64,000 nucleotides of DNA, from the NCBI GenBank assembly GCA_964245665.1, contig CAXTNK010000001.1, positions 3,544 through 67,543 on the forward strand. The letters run 5' to 3'. The translations under genes and the position numbers were made by a program. Below the pieces are notes generated by a model, which was given only the letters and a program-made list of their open reading frames with translations, was not told where the DNA came from and did not search any database. Each line of letters opens with the position of its first letter. The first letter of the stretch is position 1. Below, one piece after another: positions 19,253-29,009 of the stretch. The stretch is from an uncultured Acidobacteriaceae bacterium. Lineage in GTDB: Bacteria; Acidobacteriota; Terriglobia; Terriglobales; Acidobacteriaceae.

Positions 19253-20248
19253 TTACAGGCGAATGGTACGGCCGGTCTTTACGCTGGCATATGCGGCATC
19301 GAGCACCTGCTGGGTCCGGAGCGCATCCGTACCAGGCGACAGGTATTGGGGACCGCCCTGCGTCCATCCAGAAAACCCATCGAGCATCCGGCTATACGAA
19401 CCTTCATTTGAAATATTTTCAACGGCGTCAGCATTGCCGTTCCGCAGGAGCGTCACCGGCACTGTCCAGTCGGAGGACAGGCCGTTTTCGGCGCTGATTT
19501 GTCCTGTCTCACCGGAGATTTCGACTGCCGTCCGATACGCTCCACGGAAGCTCACCGTCACTGCCGCAAACGATCCGCGGTTGAAGCTCAATGACAGGGC
19601 AGCGCCTGCTTCAAGCGGACCAGAGAGCGTATCGCCGTGAGCGACAGCAGCGACGTGTGTGACCTCATCGTCGAGCAGAAAGCGCAGCAGGTCAATGCAG
19701 TGTGAGCCGATATCGCCGATCGGGCCACCGAGAGCGAGTGACGGATCATAGACCCATTGCCGCGGGCTCGTCTTCGCATCGAAGGTGAACTGGCAATGCG
19801 CAAGTTGAGGCGTCCCAATGCGGCCTTCCGCTACCCACGAGCGTATGCGGTCGGAACTCGGGTTATAGCGAAAATTCTGCGCTGCTCCAAAGCACAGGCC
19901 ACGTTTCTCAGCCGCGGCCATCATGCTCTCGACGTCTGCCGCCGACATGGCCAGCGGCTTCTCGCACAGCACATGCTTGCCGTGTTCAAGGGCAAGAAGA
20001 GTATGTTCGCAATGCAGCGCATCTGGGGACGTAACAAAGACTACGTCAATTTCTGGCGAGGTGCAGAGTTCTTCAGCGGATGCGAAGACATGCGGGATGC
20101 CGAATTCGCGGCCATTCTGCTGCGCCTTCGCTGGATCACGACGCCAGATACCTGCGAGCGTGGACTGCGTTGCTTCACGATAGGCAGGCACCAGGCGGCG
20201 AATGCCATGCAGACCGAAGCCGAGAATTCCGTAGCGGACAGGTTTCAT
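19253..20248 (-). CDS. Gfo/Idh/MocA family oxidoreductase
   Basis: N-terminal Rossmann segment RYGILGFGLHG and the EKPLA motif (VLCEKPLAMS). Confidence 0.88.
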   Translation of the reverse strand: MKPVRYGILGFGLHGIRRLVPAYREATQSTLAGIWRRDPAKAQQNGREFGIPHVFASAEELCTSPEIDVVFVTSPDALHCEHTLLALEHGKHVLCEKPLAMSAADVESMMAAAEKRGLCFGAAQNFRYNPSSDRIRSWVAEGRIGTPQLAHCQFTFDAKTSPRQWVYDPSLALGGPIGDIGSHCIDLLRFLLDDEVTHVAAVAHGDTLSGPLEAGAALSLSFNRGSFAAVTVSFRGAYRTAVEISGETGQISAENGLSSDWTVPVTLLRNGNADAVENISNEGSYSRMLDGFSGWTQGGPQYLSPGTDALRTQQVLDAAYASVKTGRTIRL

Positions 20249-20254
20249 ATCGAC

Positions 20255-21409
20255 TTAGTGGGCTCCATTGCGGAAGACTTCTTCAGCAAAATAATTTTCG
20301 ACGCGCGCCTGGTCGCGAAGGATCTCGTAATACGCATTCTTCAGCAACTGGGCACGTCCATCGCGCAGCTGCTGGCGGATAGCTTGTTGTACGCGCGGGT
20401 CGTTCAACTGCCGCTGGCCGGCGGCTTCGGTGGCAATCAGTTTGTAGATTGTATAGCCCGCGATGCGCTTGGACGATTCGGTTGTGTATGACGGCAGAAC
20501 GTCCGTGATCTGGCCTGGCTTCAACTTGCTGATGGCTGAAAAAACAGTCGGATCGCCACGCAACTGCGACTCGGGAAAGAATCCCATATCACCGCCATTA
20601 CTGGCATTTGAAGGCTGTTCCGACAAGTTCGCTGCGAGTGTGCCGAAGTCTTCGCCGCTTTCCAGGCGGTTATGTAACTGGTCGATCTTCTTCTTCGCTT
20701 CGACTTCGTTACTGGCCTTGTTGTTTTGCAGATTGCCCGACTGCGCCGATGGCGAAGTGGTTACGACAATCTGGGCCAGGTGATATTGCGGCTCGACCAG
20801 GTTGAAGGCAGATTTGTTCTCGTTGTAGTAATTCGCAATGTCGCTGTCAGTGATGTTGATTTTGGAGATGATCTCCTTGTTCATCAGCTTGGCGCTGGTG
20901 AGCGAACGCCGGATCTGTCGGCGCGCATCATCGAGCGTCATGCCCTTGGCCTTGAGATTCTTGTCGAACTCTTCCTGGGTGTAGGGAGCTTTGAGTTCAG
21001 AGAGCTTGGTGTCGACTTCTTCATCAGTCGCGACCAGGTTCAGCTTCGCGGCCCGCTGCTGCAGCATCTCGTCATCAATCAACTGGCGCAGAATATCGAG
21101 CTTGGCGATATTGACCTGCTCAGTCGTCGTGGGATGTTGTTGTTGCTGCTGCTCGTTGTTGGCCACGCTGCTCTGGTAGAAGCGGTCAAGCTCCGCCCGC
21201 TGAATGTCGTGGCCATTTACCTTGGCAACAACATCGGGGCTGGGTGCATGGTTACAGCCGGCAGCCGCGATGCATAACAGCACGGCCACAGCAGCCATGC
21301 GACTGCCCGATCCGCGTCGTGATGCTGCCGGTGGTAGGGACGGACGAGAAGAATCAGCCGGGGAATGATCCGAGGAACGAACCGCAGTGGCGAAGGCGAA
21401 AGCTGACAA
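20255..21409 (-). CDS. SurA-like peptidyl-prolyl isomerase (parvulin/PpiC-type) lipoprotein
   Basis: Lipobox IAAAGC, SurA-N-like chaperone region and parvulin core (...NGGDMGFFPESQL...). The true start is possibly ATG 21298. Contains a short poly-Q stretch (EQQQQQH). Confidence 0.8.
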   Translation of the reverse strand: MSAFAFATAVRSSDHSPADSSRPSLPPAASRRGSGSRMAAVAVLLCIAAAGCNHAPSPDVVAKVNGHDIQRAELDRFYQSSVANNEQQQQQHPTTTEQVNIAKLDILRQLIDDEMLQQRAAKLNLVATDEEVDTKLSELKAPYTQEEFDKNLKAKGMTLDDARRQIRRSLTSAKLMNKEIISKINITDSDIANYYNENKSAFNLVEPQYHLAQIVVTTSPSAQSGNLQNNKASNEVEAKKKIDQLHNRLESGEDFGTLAANLSEQPSNASNGGDMGFFPESQLRGDPTVFSAISKLKPGQITDVLPSYTTESSKRIAGYTIYKLIATEAAGQRQLNDPRVQQAIRQQLRDGRAQLLKNAYYEILRDQARVENYFAEEVFRNGAH

Positions 21410-21573
21410 CCGTGATCTCCTTCTCCGCTTTCATGGCGGAGGTGTACTGCTGAGGATACTGGTGCGTCTGCCTCGTGAAAAGTGGCCGCCCATTTTGGCT
21501 CGGCGCGACCACGTTACTTATGCTGCCGGCGTCCTTGGGCGGATCGTCCGGCCGTAGTGCGAACCATCCAATT

Positions 21574-22572
21574 CTAATTCCCTGGCTGTGTGGCCGGCTT
21601 GGCAGTAGCGGGTGCCGTTTCAGCCGGTGGTTGAACGCCTTCCGCCTTCAGAGCGCGGTCAATCGCGGGCCACAATTCTTCTACCGGGCGCGCACCGCTG
21701 GGCAGTCGTTCGCCATTTACGAATACCTGTGGCGTTCCTTCCAGGCCCAGTGTAGTTCCCAGCTTCATGGATGATCGCACCATGGAATCATCCTGCTTCT
21801 GCAGGCAGGCCGTCAGCTTCGTCTTGTCGACGCTGTTCTGGCCCGCGATGTTTCCGGCGATGTTGTCGAGGTCGGTGAACGACTTCTTCGGGTCATTCTG
21901 AGCGCCACTGATGTCCTGGCCGTGGCTGTGCACATAGTCCACGTAATTCCAGTAAGCCGGTGCGCTCAGGTCAGCGAGACAGTTGGCATCGATCGCTGCA
22001 TGGAGTGCCCAGGGGTGAATGTCGACCAGCGGGTAGTCCTTATAAACAATCTTCACGAGCCCTTTGTAATGGTCCATGGTCTCGGTAGCGAGTTCACTGT
22101 TCATGCGCGCGCAGTAGGGGCATTCCAGATCGTCAAAGTTGATGATCTCGACCTTGGCGGCAGCATCGCCTCGCACCGGGCGCTTGTCCACGTTGATGGA
22201 CATCGCGGGGTCCTTGCTCATGTCGAACTTTTCGAGGCGCGCGAGTGTGTTGCCATCCTTCGAGATGAGGAAGTTGACCGTCGTCTGCTTGCCCTTGTGG
22301 GTGAATGTGACGGGCAGATTGTCATAGTCGGGAATATCACTCTTGGACCGGCCGCCGAGCATTACGTCATAGTCGGGCGGAACAGAAAATTGCGAGCGCA
22401 CCAGCACTTCAATCCGGCGATCCGCCGACGAACTGGGCGGCACCTGGGCACGGCATCCTGCGGCGACAGCGACAAGCAGAAAACAGGCAAACAGACGTAT
22501 ACGGTACAAGACAACCACCTTTCCAGGATGACTCTCCGGGAATGCTTTTATTATCGCAGGGATGAAGGGCAC
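21574..22572 (-). CDS. DsbA-family thiol:disulfide oxidoreductase lipoprotein
   Basis: Lipobox VAAGC, FDDLECPYCARM (CxxC) in a thioredoxin fold, and a Pro/Ala-rich C-terminal tail. Confidence 0.8.
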   Translation of the reverse strand: MPFIPAIIKAFPESHPGKVVVLYRIRLFACFLLVAVAAGCRAQVPPSSSADRRIEVLVRSQFSVPPDYDVMLGGRSKSDIPDYDNLPVTFTHKGKQTTVNFLISKDGNTLARLEKFDMSKDPAMSINVDKRPVRGDAAAKVEIINFDDLECPYCARMNSELATETMDHYKGLVKIVYKDYPLVDIHPWALHAAIDANCLADLSAPAYWNYVDYVHSHGQDISGAQNDPKKSFTDLDNIAGNIAGQNSVDKTKLTACLQKQDDSMVRSSMKLGTTLGLEGTPQVFVNGERLPSGARPVEELWPAIDRALKAEGVQPPAETAPATAKPATQPGN

Positions 22573-22687
22573 TGGGTAAATCAGGCCTGCCGACAGGTTT
22601 GCGGACGTTGCAGGTTTGTTTATGCGGGACGCGGCAGGCGGACAGGGTTAGCCGCCTGCCTTCTAAATGAGGGCTAAAGAATGAGCG

Positions 22688-23119
22688 CTACTTGTCTTCG
22701 ATATGCAGCGAAACATCGAACTGCTTGCTCGAGTCGAAACCGCTGATGTTTTTGACCTTGGACTTATGGCCGCCGAACTCTGCCCATAGTTGATAGTCCT
22801 CGGACGTGCCGAGTTGGCCGAAGCGATAGGTCGCATCCTGCGCGATGTACGTCTTGATCTCGAGAGATTTCATGTTCTTCAGGTAGACCACTGCTCCATT
22901 CTGCGGAGTATCGCCGGAGTTGTAGACCTTGCCGCGGATAACGCGCTGGGCAACCGGAACATTCTGCGCGGAGAGTGGCGTTGGCTGCGTCAACACCGCA
23001 GGAACAATGAGTGCGGCCAGCATAAGGGAAAAGCCAAGTGCGTTGCGACGCGCTCGTGAACAAACAAATCTTTGGCCTGTAAGAATCGCGCACAGGCGAA
23101 ACCTGTTGAATCGCATCAT
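22688..23119 (-). CDS. small exported carboxypeptidase-regulatory-like (beta-sandwich) domain protein, twin-arginine-like signal
   Basis: Start ATG 23119 overlaps the stop of the upstream zinc-ribbon gene (ATGA). SRARRNALGFSLMLAALIVPAVL...LSA/QN is signal-like. VIRGKVYNSGDTPQNGAVVYLKN...TYRFGQL..EDYQLWAEF matches the CarboxypepD_reg pattern. Confidence 0.7.
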   Translation of the reverse strand: MMRFNRFRLCAILTGQRFVCSRARRNALGFSLMLAALIVPAVLTQPTPLSAQNVPVAQRVIRGKVYNSGDTPQNGAVVYLKNMKSLEIKTYIAQDATYRFGQLGTSEDYQLWAEFGGHKSKVKNISGFDSSKQFDVSLHIEDK

Positions 23120-23313
23120 TCTTCTTCCTCTGCAGCAAAGGTGCTGCTGTCCTCGTCCTCGTAGCCGTCGTCTTCCACCTTGGAAAGCTCGAGCGGCTCG
23201 GTCGTTACAATTTCGAATTCGGCGCCGCATTCATCGCACGTGATGACGTCGCCTTCTTCGGCTTCTGTCACATCAACGCTAAGTGCATTCTCGCATTCCG
23301 GACAAACTGCCAT
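23116..23313 (-). CDS. LysW-like zinc-ribbon protein with acidic, poly-Glu C-terminus (amino-group carrier protein-like, orphan)
   Basis: MAVCPECENAL...GDVITCDECGAEFEIVTTEPLEL...AAEEEE. The CPxC/CxxC spacing and the GAE(F/L)E(I/V)V..PL.L core resemble Thermus LysW as I recall it. A perfect AGGAGG SD lies 8 nt upstream. Confidence 0.65.
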   Translation of the reverse strand: MAVCPECENALSVDVTEAEEGDVITCDECGAEFEIVTTEPLELSKVEDDGYEDEDSSTFAAEEEE

Positions 23314-23442
23314 ACAAAAACCTCCTGTGTCTTCATGGTTCGATAGGTTCGAGGCTTGGCTGCCTGGTGCGTTTTCACCCGGAGCTTTGCAATGATGCTC
23401 GGGTAAGATGCGGAATGCGTCAAGCCTCGGTTGTACTCTTAA

Positions 23443-24984
23443 ATGATTAAAGAAGCCATGATGACTCCTTCCTGCTTTTCGCGCTCCGGCCAGATTCTTG
23501 TTGTCTTTCTCGCCCTGATTGTGCCGCCGACAAACCTGTTCGCTGGAACGTCAGGTTCTGGGCACTCTGACGACGCAAAACTCGATCTCGTTGCAGCGGG
23601 ACAGCCGATTGTTCCCGAGCCCGCTGATCCGGCCATTGCCGCAGCCATCAAGGCCATCTCCCCGGAGCGCATGCGGCACATTGTCGAGTCGCTGGTGGGT
23701 TTCGGCAACCGCAGCACCGTGTCCAGTATGGAGAAGGACCTGCCGCCGGGCAAAGGCGTGACCGCGGCGGCGGCGTGGCTGGCTGACCAGTATCGCGACA
23801 TCAGTCAGCAATGCGGCAATTGCCTCGAAGTCAAAACGGATATGTTCGTCGAACCGCCGCAGACCGGCGCTCATCCGCGCATTGTGCAGCCGACGACCAT
23901 CACCAATGTTTACGCCATTCTGAAGGGCAGTGATCCGGCGCAGGCGAAGCGGAAGTACCTGGTGACCGGTCATTATGACTCCCGCGTGACCGACGTGATG
24001 AACACGCACTCCGACGCGCCGGGAGCGAATGACGATGCCAGCGGCGTGGCCGTGTCGCTCGAATGTGCCCGGGTCCTGAGCAGGCGTCGCTTTCCGGCGA
24101 CCATTGTTTTTGCGACCGTTGCCGGCGAAGAGCAGGGACTGAACGGCTCGGCCCACCTGGCCAAACTGGCGAAGAGCGAGGGGTGGGAGTTGGCTGGAGT
24201 ATTGAATGACGACATTGTCGGCGGTGATACGACGCCGGGCGAGAAGCTGGCGGACAAATCGCTGGTGCGCGTCTTTTCCGAGAACATACCGGCCACGGCT
24301 ACTTCCGAACAGACGAAGCGGCTGCTGATGCTGGGGCTGGAAAGCGATTCGCCTTCACGCGAGCTTGCTCGGGAGATTGTCGATATCGACCGTACCTACT
24401 TTGGGAAGAAGACACTCGTTCCCGTACTCGAAATGCGGCTCGATCGCTATCTGCGCGGCGGTGACCATTCGTCCTTCAACCAGCAAGGCTTTACTGCTGT
24501 GCGCTTTACCGAGTGGCGAGAGAATTTCAACCACCAGCATCAGGACCTGCGTACAGAAAACGGTGTTCAGTATGGCGACCTGATCCAGTTTGATGATTTT
24601 CCCTACATGGCGAATGTCGCGCGCCTGAATGCGGCGACACTCGCGAGTCTTGCCTCGGCCCCGGGCGTACCGCAGCAGGTCGCAGTCGCGACGACAGCGC
24701 TCGACAACAACAGCGGCATCCTCTGGAAAGCTCCGGACGGTGCTCCGGAAGGCACGCATTACCAGGTACTGTGGCGTGAGACCAGCGCTCCCGATTGGCA
24801 ATACTTCGCGCCAGCCGAGAAGTACGCCGATCCCAGCCTGGCTCCGAATGCGCCGCAGGGTCCGGAGGCGATTCGCGTGAAAATGCCGGTGTCCAAAGAC
24901 AATGTCATCTTCGGCATCCGCGCCTGTGATGTCGCAGGACACTGCAGTCCTGCGGTCGCCCCGCTGCCCCTGGCACGGCCATGA
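23443..24984 (+). CDS. M28 family metallopeptidase with C-terminal FN3-like domain
   Basis: GHYDSRV, APGANDDASGVA and GEEQGLNGS (co-catalytic zinc ligands of M28), plus a signal peptide. Confidence 0.85.
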   Translation: MIKEAMMTPSCFSRSGQILVVFLALIVPPTNLFAGTSGSGHSDDAKLDLVAAGQPIVPEPADPAIAAAIKAISPERMRHIVESLVGFGNRSTVSSMEKDLPPGKGVTAAAAWLADQYRDISQQCGNCLEVKTDMFVEPPQTGAHPRIVQPTTITNVYAILKGSDPAQAKRKYLVTGHYDSRVTDVMNTHSDAPGANDDASGVAVSLECARVLSRRRFPATIVFATVAGEEQGLNGSAHLAKLAKSEGWELAGVLNDDIVGGDTTPGEKLADKSLVRVFSENIPATATSEQTKRLLMLGLESDSPSRELAREIVDIDRTYFGKKTLVPVLEMRLDRYLRGGDHSSFNQQGFTAVRFTEWRENFNHQHQDLRTENGVQYGDLIQFDDFPYMANVARLNAATLASLASAPGVPQQVAVATTALDNNSGILWKAPDGAPEGTHYQVLWRETSAPDWQYFAPAEKYADPSLAPNAPQGPEAIRVKMPVSKDNVIFGIRACDVAGHCSPAVAPLPLARP

Positions 24985-25067
24985 AGGTTACCTGTCCACA
25001 GCCTTTATCAACTAAGCTTGCGACCGTTTCCGGCAAAAGGTCCGGCAAAGCGCGATAATAAAGGTCT

Positions 25068-25874
25068 ATGCCTCCGTCGCGCTTCGGTTCCACGATGCTG
25101 TCGTTTCCACCTTTTGGCGGCGTCACGAAGAAATTAGTCCTGGCCAATCTCGCCGTCTACGCGCTTTGGCTGTTTTCGCAGTTTTCAACGCCGCTTCGTC
25201 TGCTGTTTGGCTATCTCGCGCTCACGCCTGCGCTCGTCGTCCACGGCGAAATCTGGCAGCTGGTCACCTATGGATTTGTCCATACGGGCATTCTTGAAGT
25301 CCTCTTCAATATGCTCTCGCTGTGGTTCATCGCTTCTTACCTCGAAGCGGAAAAGGGCTCCAAGTGGCTGACAGAGATCTACTTTCTCTCCATCATCGGC
25401 GGCGGTCTCATCGCGACAGCCTTGTCCTTTACCGGCATCTTTCACCTGTCGCCGCTGCAATCCGTCACCAGCGCCCAGGCCGGCATTTTCGGACTGCTCT
25501 CTGCCTTCGCCGTCCTCTTCGGCGAACAGCAGTTCCTCATGTTCTTCCTCATCCAGATCAAGGCCAAATACCTTGTCATCATCTACATCCTGATCGCCGT
25601 CGCCAGTCTCATCAGCGGCTCCTCGCCACTGACGTACGTCACCTTCCTCGCCGGCGCGCTCCTCGGCTTCCTCTACTGCAAAGCGGCACCACGCAGGGGC
25701 TTTGCCGGCGCAGCCAGTGAACAATATTTCGGCGCCCGCAACAACTATTACCGCTGGAAACGCCGCAACGCCGCTCGAAAATTTGAGGTCTACATGGGTA
25801 AACAAGGCCGCGAAGTGAAGTTCGACAAAGACGGCAAATACATCGACCCCGACGACAAGTCCCGCTGGAACTAA
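25068..25874 (+). CDS. rhomboid-fold membrane protein, apparently lacking the Ser/His catalytic dyad
   Basis: WQLVTYGFVHTGILEVLFNMLSLWFIASYLE matches rhomboid TM2. The GxSG position reads SAQAGIFGL, and the AHxGG position reads TFLAGALLG. Basic C-terminal tail. Confidence 0.65.
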   Translation: MPPSRFGSTMLSFPPFGGVTKKLVLANLAVYALWLFSQFSTPLRLLFGYLALTPALVVHGEIWQLVTYGFVHTGILEVLFNMLSLWFIASYLEAEKGSKWLTEIYFLSIIGGGLIATALSFTGIFHLSPLQSVTSAQAGIFGLLSAFAVLFGEQQFLMFFLIQIKAKYLVIIYILIAVASLISGSSPLTYVTFLAGALLGFLYCKAAPRRGFAGAASEQYFGARNNYYRWKRRNAARKFEVYMGKQGREVKFDKDGKYIDPDDKSRWN

Positions 25875-26143
25875 GCAGCCTCCGGCAGCCCCTGCGCAGG
25901 TGCGGCAGTGCCGTACGGGCGCCTTTGCTTATACTGGCTACCGATATAAGTCCACTTAATAGATTGATACAGCGATGAAGGGGAAGGGCCGCACCGAGAG
26001 GACTTCCAGAGGTAATGCTGACCGCGCCCAGGGGCTTGGGCACCGTCTGCGAAAAATGGCCATGCGCAGACCAAAGCTTCGTCGCTGGTCGAGCTACACT
26101 CTGCGCCGGTCAGATGGAAGGTCCTATTACACATCAAGAGACG

Positions 26144-26180
26144 AAAAAGCCTCCCTCGCTTTGCGCGAGGGAGGCTTTTT
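26144..26180. terminator. bidirectional Rho-independent terminator (downstream of gyrA)
   Basis: AAAAAGCCTCCCTCGC-TTTGC-GCGAGGGAGGCTTTTT. Confidence 0.85.
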
Positions 26181-26229
26181 CGTACGCCCGTACGGCAAGT
26201 ACCGCAACCCGCGCAGGGGGTGCCGCAGG

Positions 26230-28902
26230 CTACTGCAGCAGCGTCCCCGACTCGTGGTCGATCTTGGCTTCTTCGGGCGGGATCACCATGGCGGCGGCGA
26301 CCCTGTCTTCGTCTTCGAGATTGAGGAGTTTGACACCCTGGGTGCTGCGGCCCGCGGCACGGATCGTCTTGGTGTCGATCCGGATGATCTTGCCATACTG
26401 GCTGATGACCATCAGTTCCGACGTCTCATCGACCAGCAGGATAGCGTTCACCTTGCCATTGCGGGAAGTGGTCTTCAGGTTGATGACGCCTTTACCTCCG
26501 CGGGTTTGGAGACGATATTCGTCGACATCGGTACGTTTGCCGAAGCCCATGGACGTAACGGAGAGGATGAGGCACGGCGTGTTGCCGCCTTCGCCGTTGG
26601 AGACGCGTTCTTTCTCGGTGACGGCGATGCCGACCAGGTAATCATTCTTCGTGAGATCGATACCGCGCACGCCAAAGGCCGGACGGCCCATGGAGCGAAC
26701 ATCATTCTCGTCGAAGCGAATGGCCATGCCTTCGTGAGTCGCGAGAAAGACTAGCTTGTTGCCGTCGGTGATGCGCACGCCGATCAGTTCGTCGTCCTTG
26801 TCGATACCAATGGCGATGATGCCGCGTGCCATCACATTCGAGAAATCTTTTAAAGGTACGCGCTTGACAGTGCCTTTCTGTGTGGCGAAGAAAATGAATT
26901 TTCCTTCTTCAGTCAGATCGCGAACATCAAGAATCGTACGCACTGTCTCGCCGGGTTGCAGGTTCAGCAGGCTGGCAATAGACTTGCCCTTACCCGCCGC
27001 GCCAATGTCAGGAATCTCATACACCTTGAGCCAGTAGACGCGGCCGGTGTTGGTGAAGCACATCAGGTACGCGTGCGTGGAGGCGATGATGAGTTGCTGC
27101 ACGAAATCTTCTTCGCGCGTCTTCATGCCAAGACGGCCAGTACCACCACGCCGCTGCTGGCGATACGTGGAGATGGGCGTCCGCTTGAGATAACCGGAAT
27201 GCGAAACAGTTACGGCGACTTGTTCGTCAGCGATCAGGTCTTCGAGCTGCAGCTCGGCAGTCTCATCGAGAATCTGCGTACGGCGTGCATCACCATGGTT
27301 CTTGCGAACCTCTTCAAGCTCCTTGATGATGACCTGCCGCAGCTTCTTTTCGGAGCCGAGAATCGATTCGTACTCGTCGATGTTCGTGCGGACGGCACGC
27401 AGTTCATTGAGCAGTTCATCGATCGAAAGCTGGGTGAGGCGATAGAGCTGTAATTCGAGGATCGCGTCGATCTGGCGATAGCTCAGGATCAGTGTCGCAG
27501 TAGTCTGCGTCGCCATATCAATGCCGTACTTACCCGCATCAAGCTTGACTCCGGCCAGTTCCGCGCCGCGTAGCTGAATCGTCGTGCCGGAGAAATACTG
27601 GAACAGGTTCTGCCGGGCCTCGACCCGGGACGAAGAACCGCGGATGATTTTGATGACCGTGTCGAGATGATCGAGCGCAATCTGGTAGCCGAGCAGGATA
27701 TGTTCGCGCTCGCGTGCCTTGCGCAACAGGAAAGCAGTGCGCCGGCGTACGACATCGAGACGGTGATCGATGAAGTGACGGATCGCATCATGCAGCGGCA
27801 GTTCGCGCGGCTGGCCATTGACCACCGCCAGGAAAATCATCGAAAAGCTTTCCTGCATCTGCGTGTGCTTGTAGAGCTGGTGCAGCACAATCTGTGCTTC
27901 GGAACCACGCTTGAGTTCGATCACGATGCGCATGCCATCGCGATCGCTTTCGTCACGCACGTCGGAAATTTCGTCGACGATCTTTTCGTGGACCAGTTCA
28001 GCAATGCGCTTGATGAGGGTGTTCTTGTTTACCTGGTACGGAATTTCCGTGACGATAATTGCTTCGCGTCCACCTGAGATTTTCTCGGTCGCGGCTTTCG
28101 CGCGCATCAGGAAACGTCCACGGCCTGTGCGGTACGACTGCGGAATATTCGCGCGGCCATACAGGAATCCGCCAGTCGGGAAGTCCGGCCCCTGCACATG
28201 CTTCAGGACTTCTTCGAGGCCGCCGAGCGGGTTGTTGATCAGCGCGATGGTTGCGTCGATGACTTCCGTCAAATTGTGTGGCGGAATATTGGTCGCCATG
28301 CCGACGGCGATGCCATTCGAACCATTGACGATGAGGTTCGGAATACGCGCGGGCAGAGCTGTCGGCTCGAGCGTCGACTCGTCGTAGTTCGGCACGAAAT
28401 CGACGGTATCCATGTCGATGTCAGCCAGCATTTCGCCGGCGATCTTCATCATGCGGCATTCGGTGTACCGCATGGCTGCCGGCGGATCGCCGTCGACAGA
28501 GCCGAAGTTCCCCTGGCCGTCAATCATGGGATAGCGCAGACTGAAGGGCTGCGCAAGACGCACCATGGTGTCGTAGATCGAAGAGTCGCCATGCGGGTGA
28601 TAGACGCCCATGGCCTGGCCGACAACCTTGGCGCACTTGGTGTACTTCTTGTTGAACTGCAGACCCATCTCGTGCATCGTGTACAGCACGCGGCGATGGA
28701 CAGGCTTGAAGCCGTCGCGGATATCCGGCAGGGCGCGGCCGATAATTACGGACATCGAGTAGGCGAGATACGAATTGCGCATCTCGTCTTCAATGTTGAT
28801 GGAAATCATGTTCGCGGCACCCGGTCCGGTCGGGCCATTGCCGGTACCGCCGCCGTCAGTATTCGGCGTCAAAGGTAGTTCAGGATTCTGATCGTCTGCC
28901 AT
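26230..28902 (-). CDS. gyrA: DNA gyrase subunit A
   Basis: [11 protein letters not shown] (QRDR), [10 protein letters not shown] (catalytic Tyr) and C-terminal beta-pinwheel repeats. 890 aa. Confidence 0.98.
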   Translation of the reverse strand: MADDQNPELPLTPNTDGGGTGNGPTGPGAANMISINIEDEMRNSYLAYSMSVIIGRALPDIRDGFKPVHRRVLYTMHEMGLQFNKKYTKCAKVVGQAMGVYHPHGDSSIYDTMVRLAQPFSLRYPMIDGQGNFGSVDGDPPAAMRYTECRMMKIAGEMLADIDMDTVDFVPNYDESTLEPTALPARIPNLIVNGSNGIAVGMATNIPPHNLTEVIDATIALINNPLGGLEEVLKHVQGPDFPTGGFLYGRANIPQSYRTGRGRFLMRAKAATEKISGGREAIIVTEIPYQVNKNTLIKRIAELVHEKIVDEISDVRDESDRDGMRIVIELKRGSEAQIVLHQLYKHTQMQESFSMIFLAVVNGQPRELPLHDAIRHFIDHRLDVVRRRTAFLLRKAREREHILLGYQIALDHLDTVIKIIRGSSSRVEARQNLFQYFSGTTIQLRGAELAGVKLDAGKYGIDMATQTTATLILSYRQIDAILELQLYRLTQLSIDELLNELRAVRTNIDEYESILGSEKKLRQVIIKELEEVRKNHGDARRTQILDETAELQLEDLIADEQVAVTVSHSGYLKRTPISTYRQQRRGGTGRLGMKTREEDFVQQLIIASTHAYLMCFTNTGRVYWLKVYEIPDIGAAGKGKSIASLLNLQPGETVRTILDVRDLTEEGKFIFFATQKGTVKRVPLKDFSNVMARGIIAIGIDKDDELIGVRITDGNKLVFLATHEGMAIRFDENDVRSMGRPAFGVRGIDLTKNDYLVGIAVTEKERVSNGEGGNTPCLILSVTSMGFGKRTDVDEYRLQTRGGKGVINLKTTSRNGKVNAILLVDETSELMVISQYGKIIRIDTKTIRAAGRSTQGVKLLNLEDEDRVAAAMVIPPEEAKIDHESGTLLQ

Positions 28903-29009
28903 AAGTTTTATGCACTGCTTTCAATGGTTCCAGGCATGGTTTCACAGCGCTTCATGAGCTGCTGCTGAACTGAAATGACTGCACTGGGCCCTGTTGCCAT
29001 TCTATCAAC

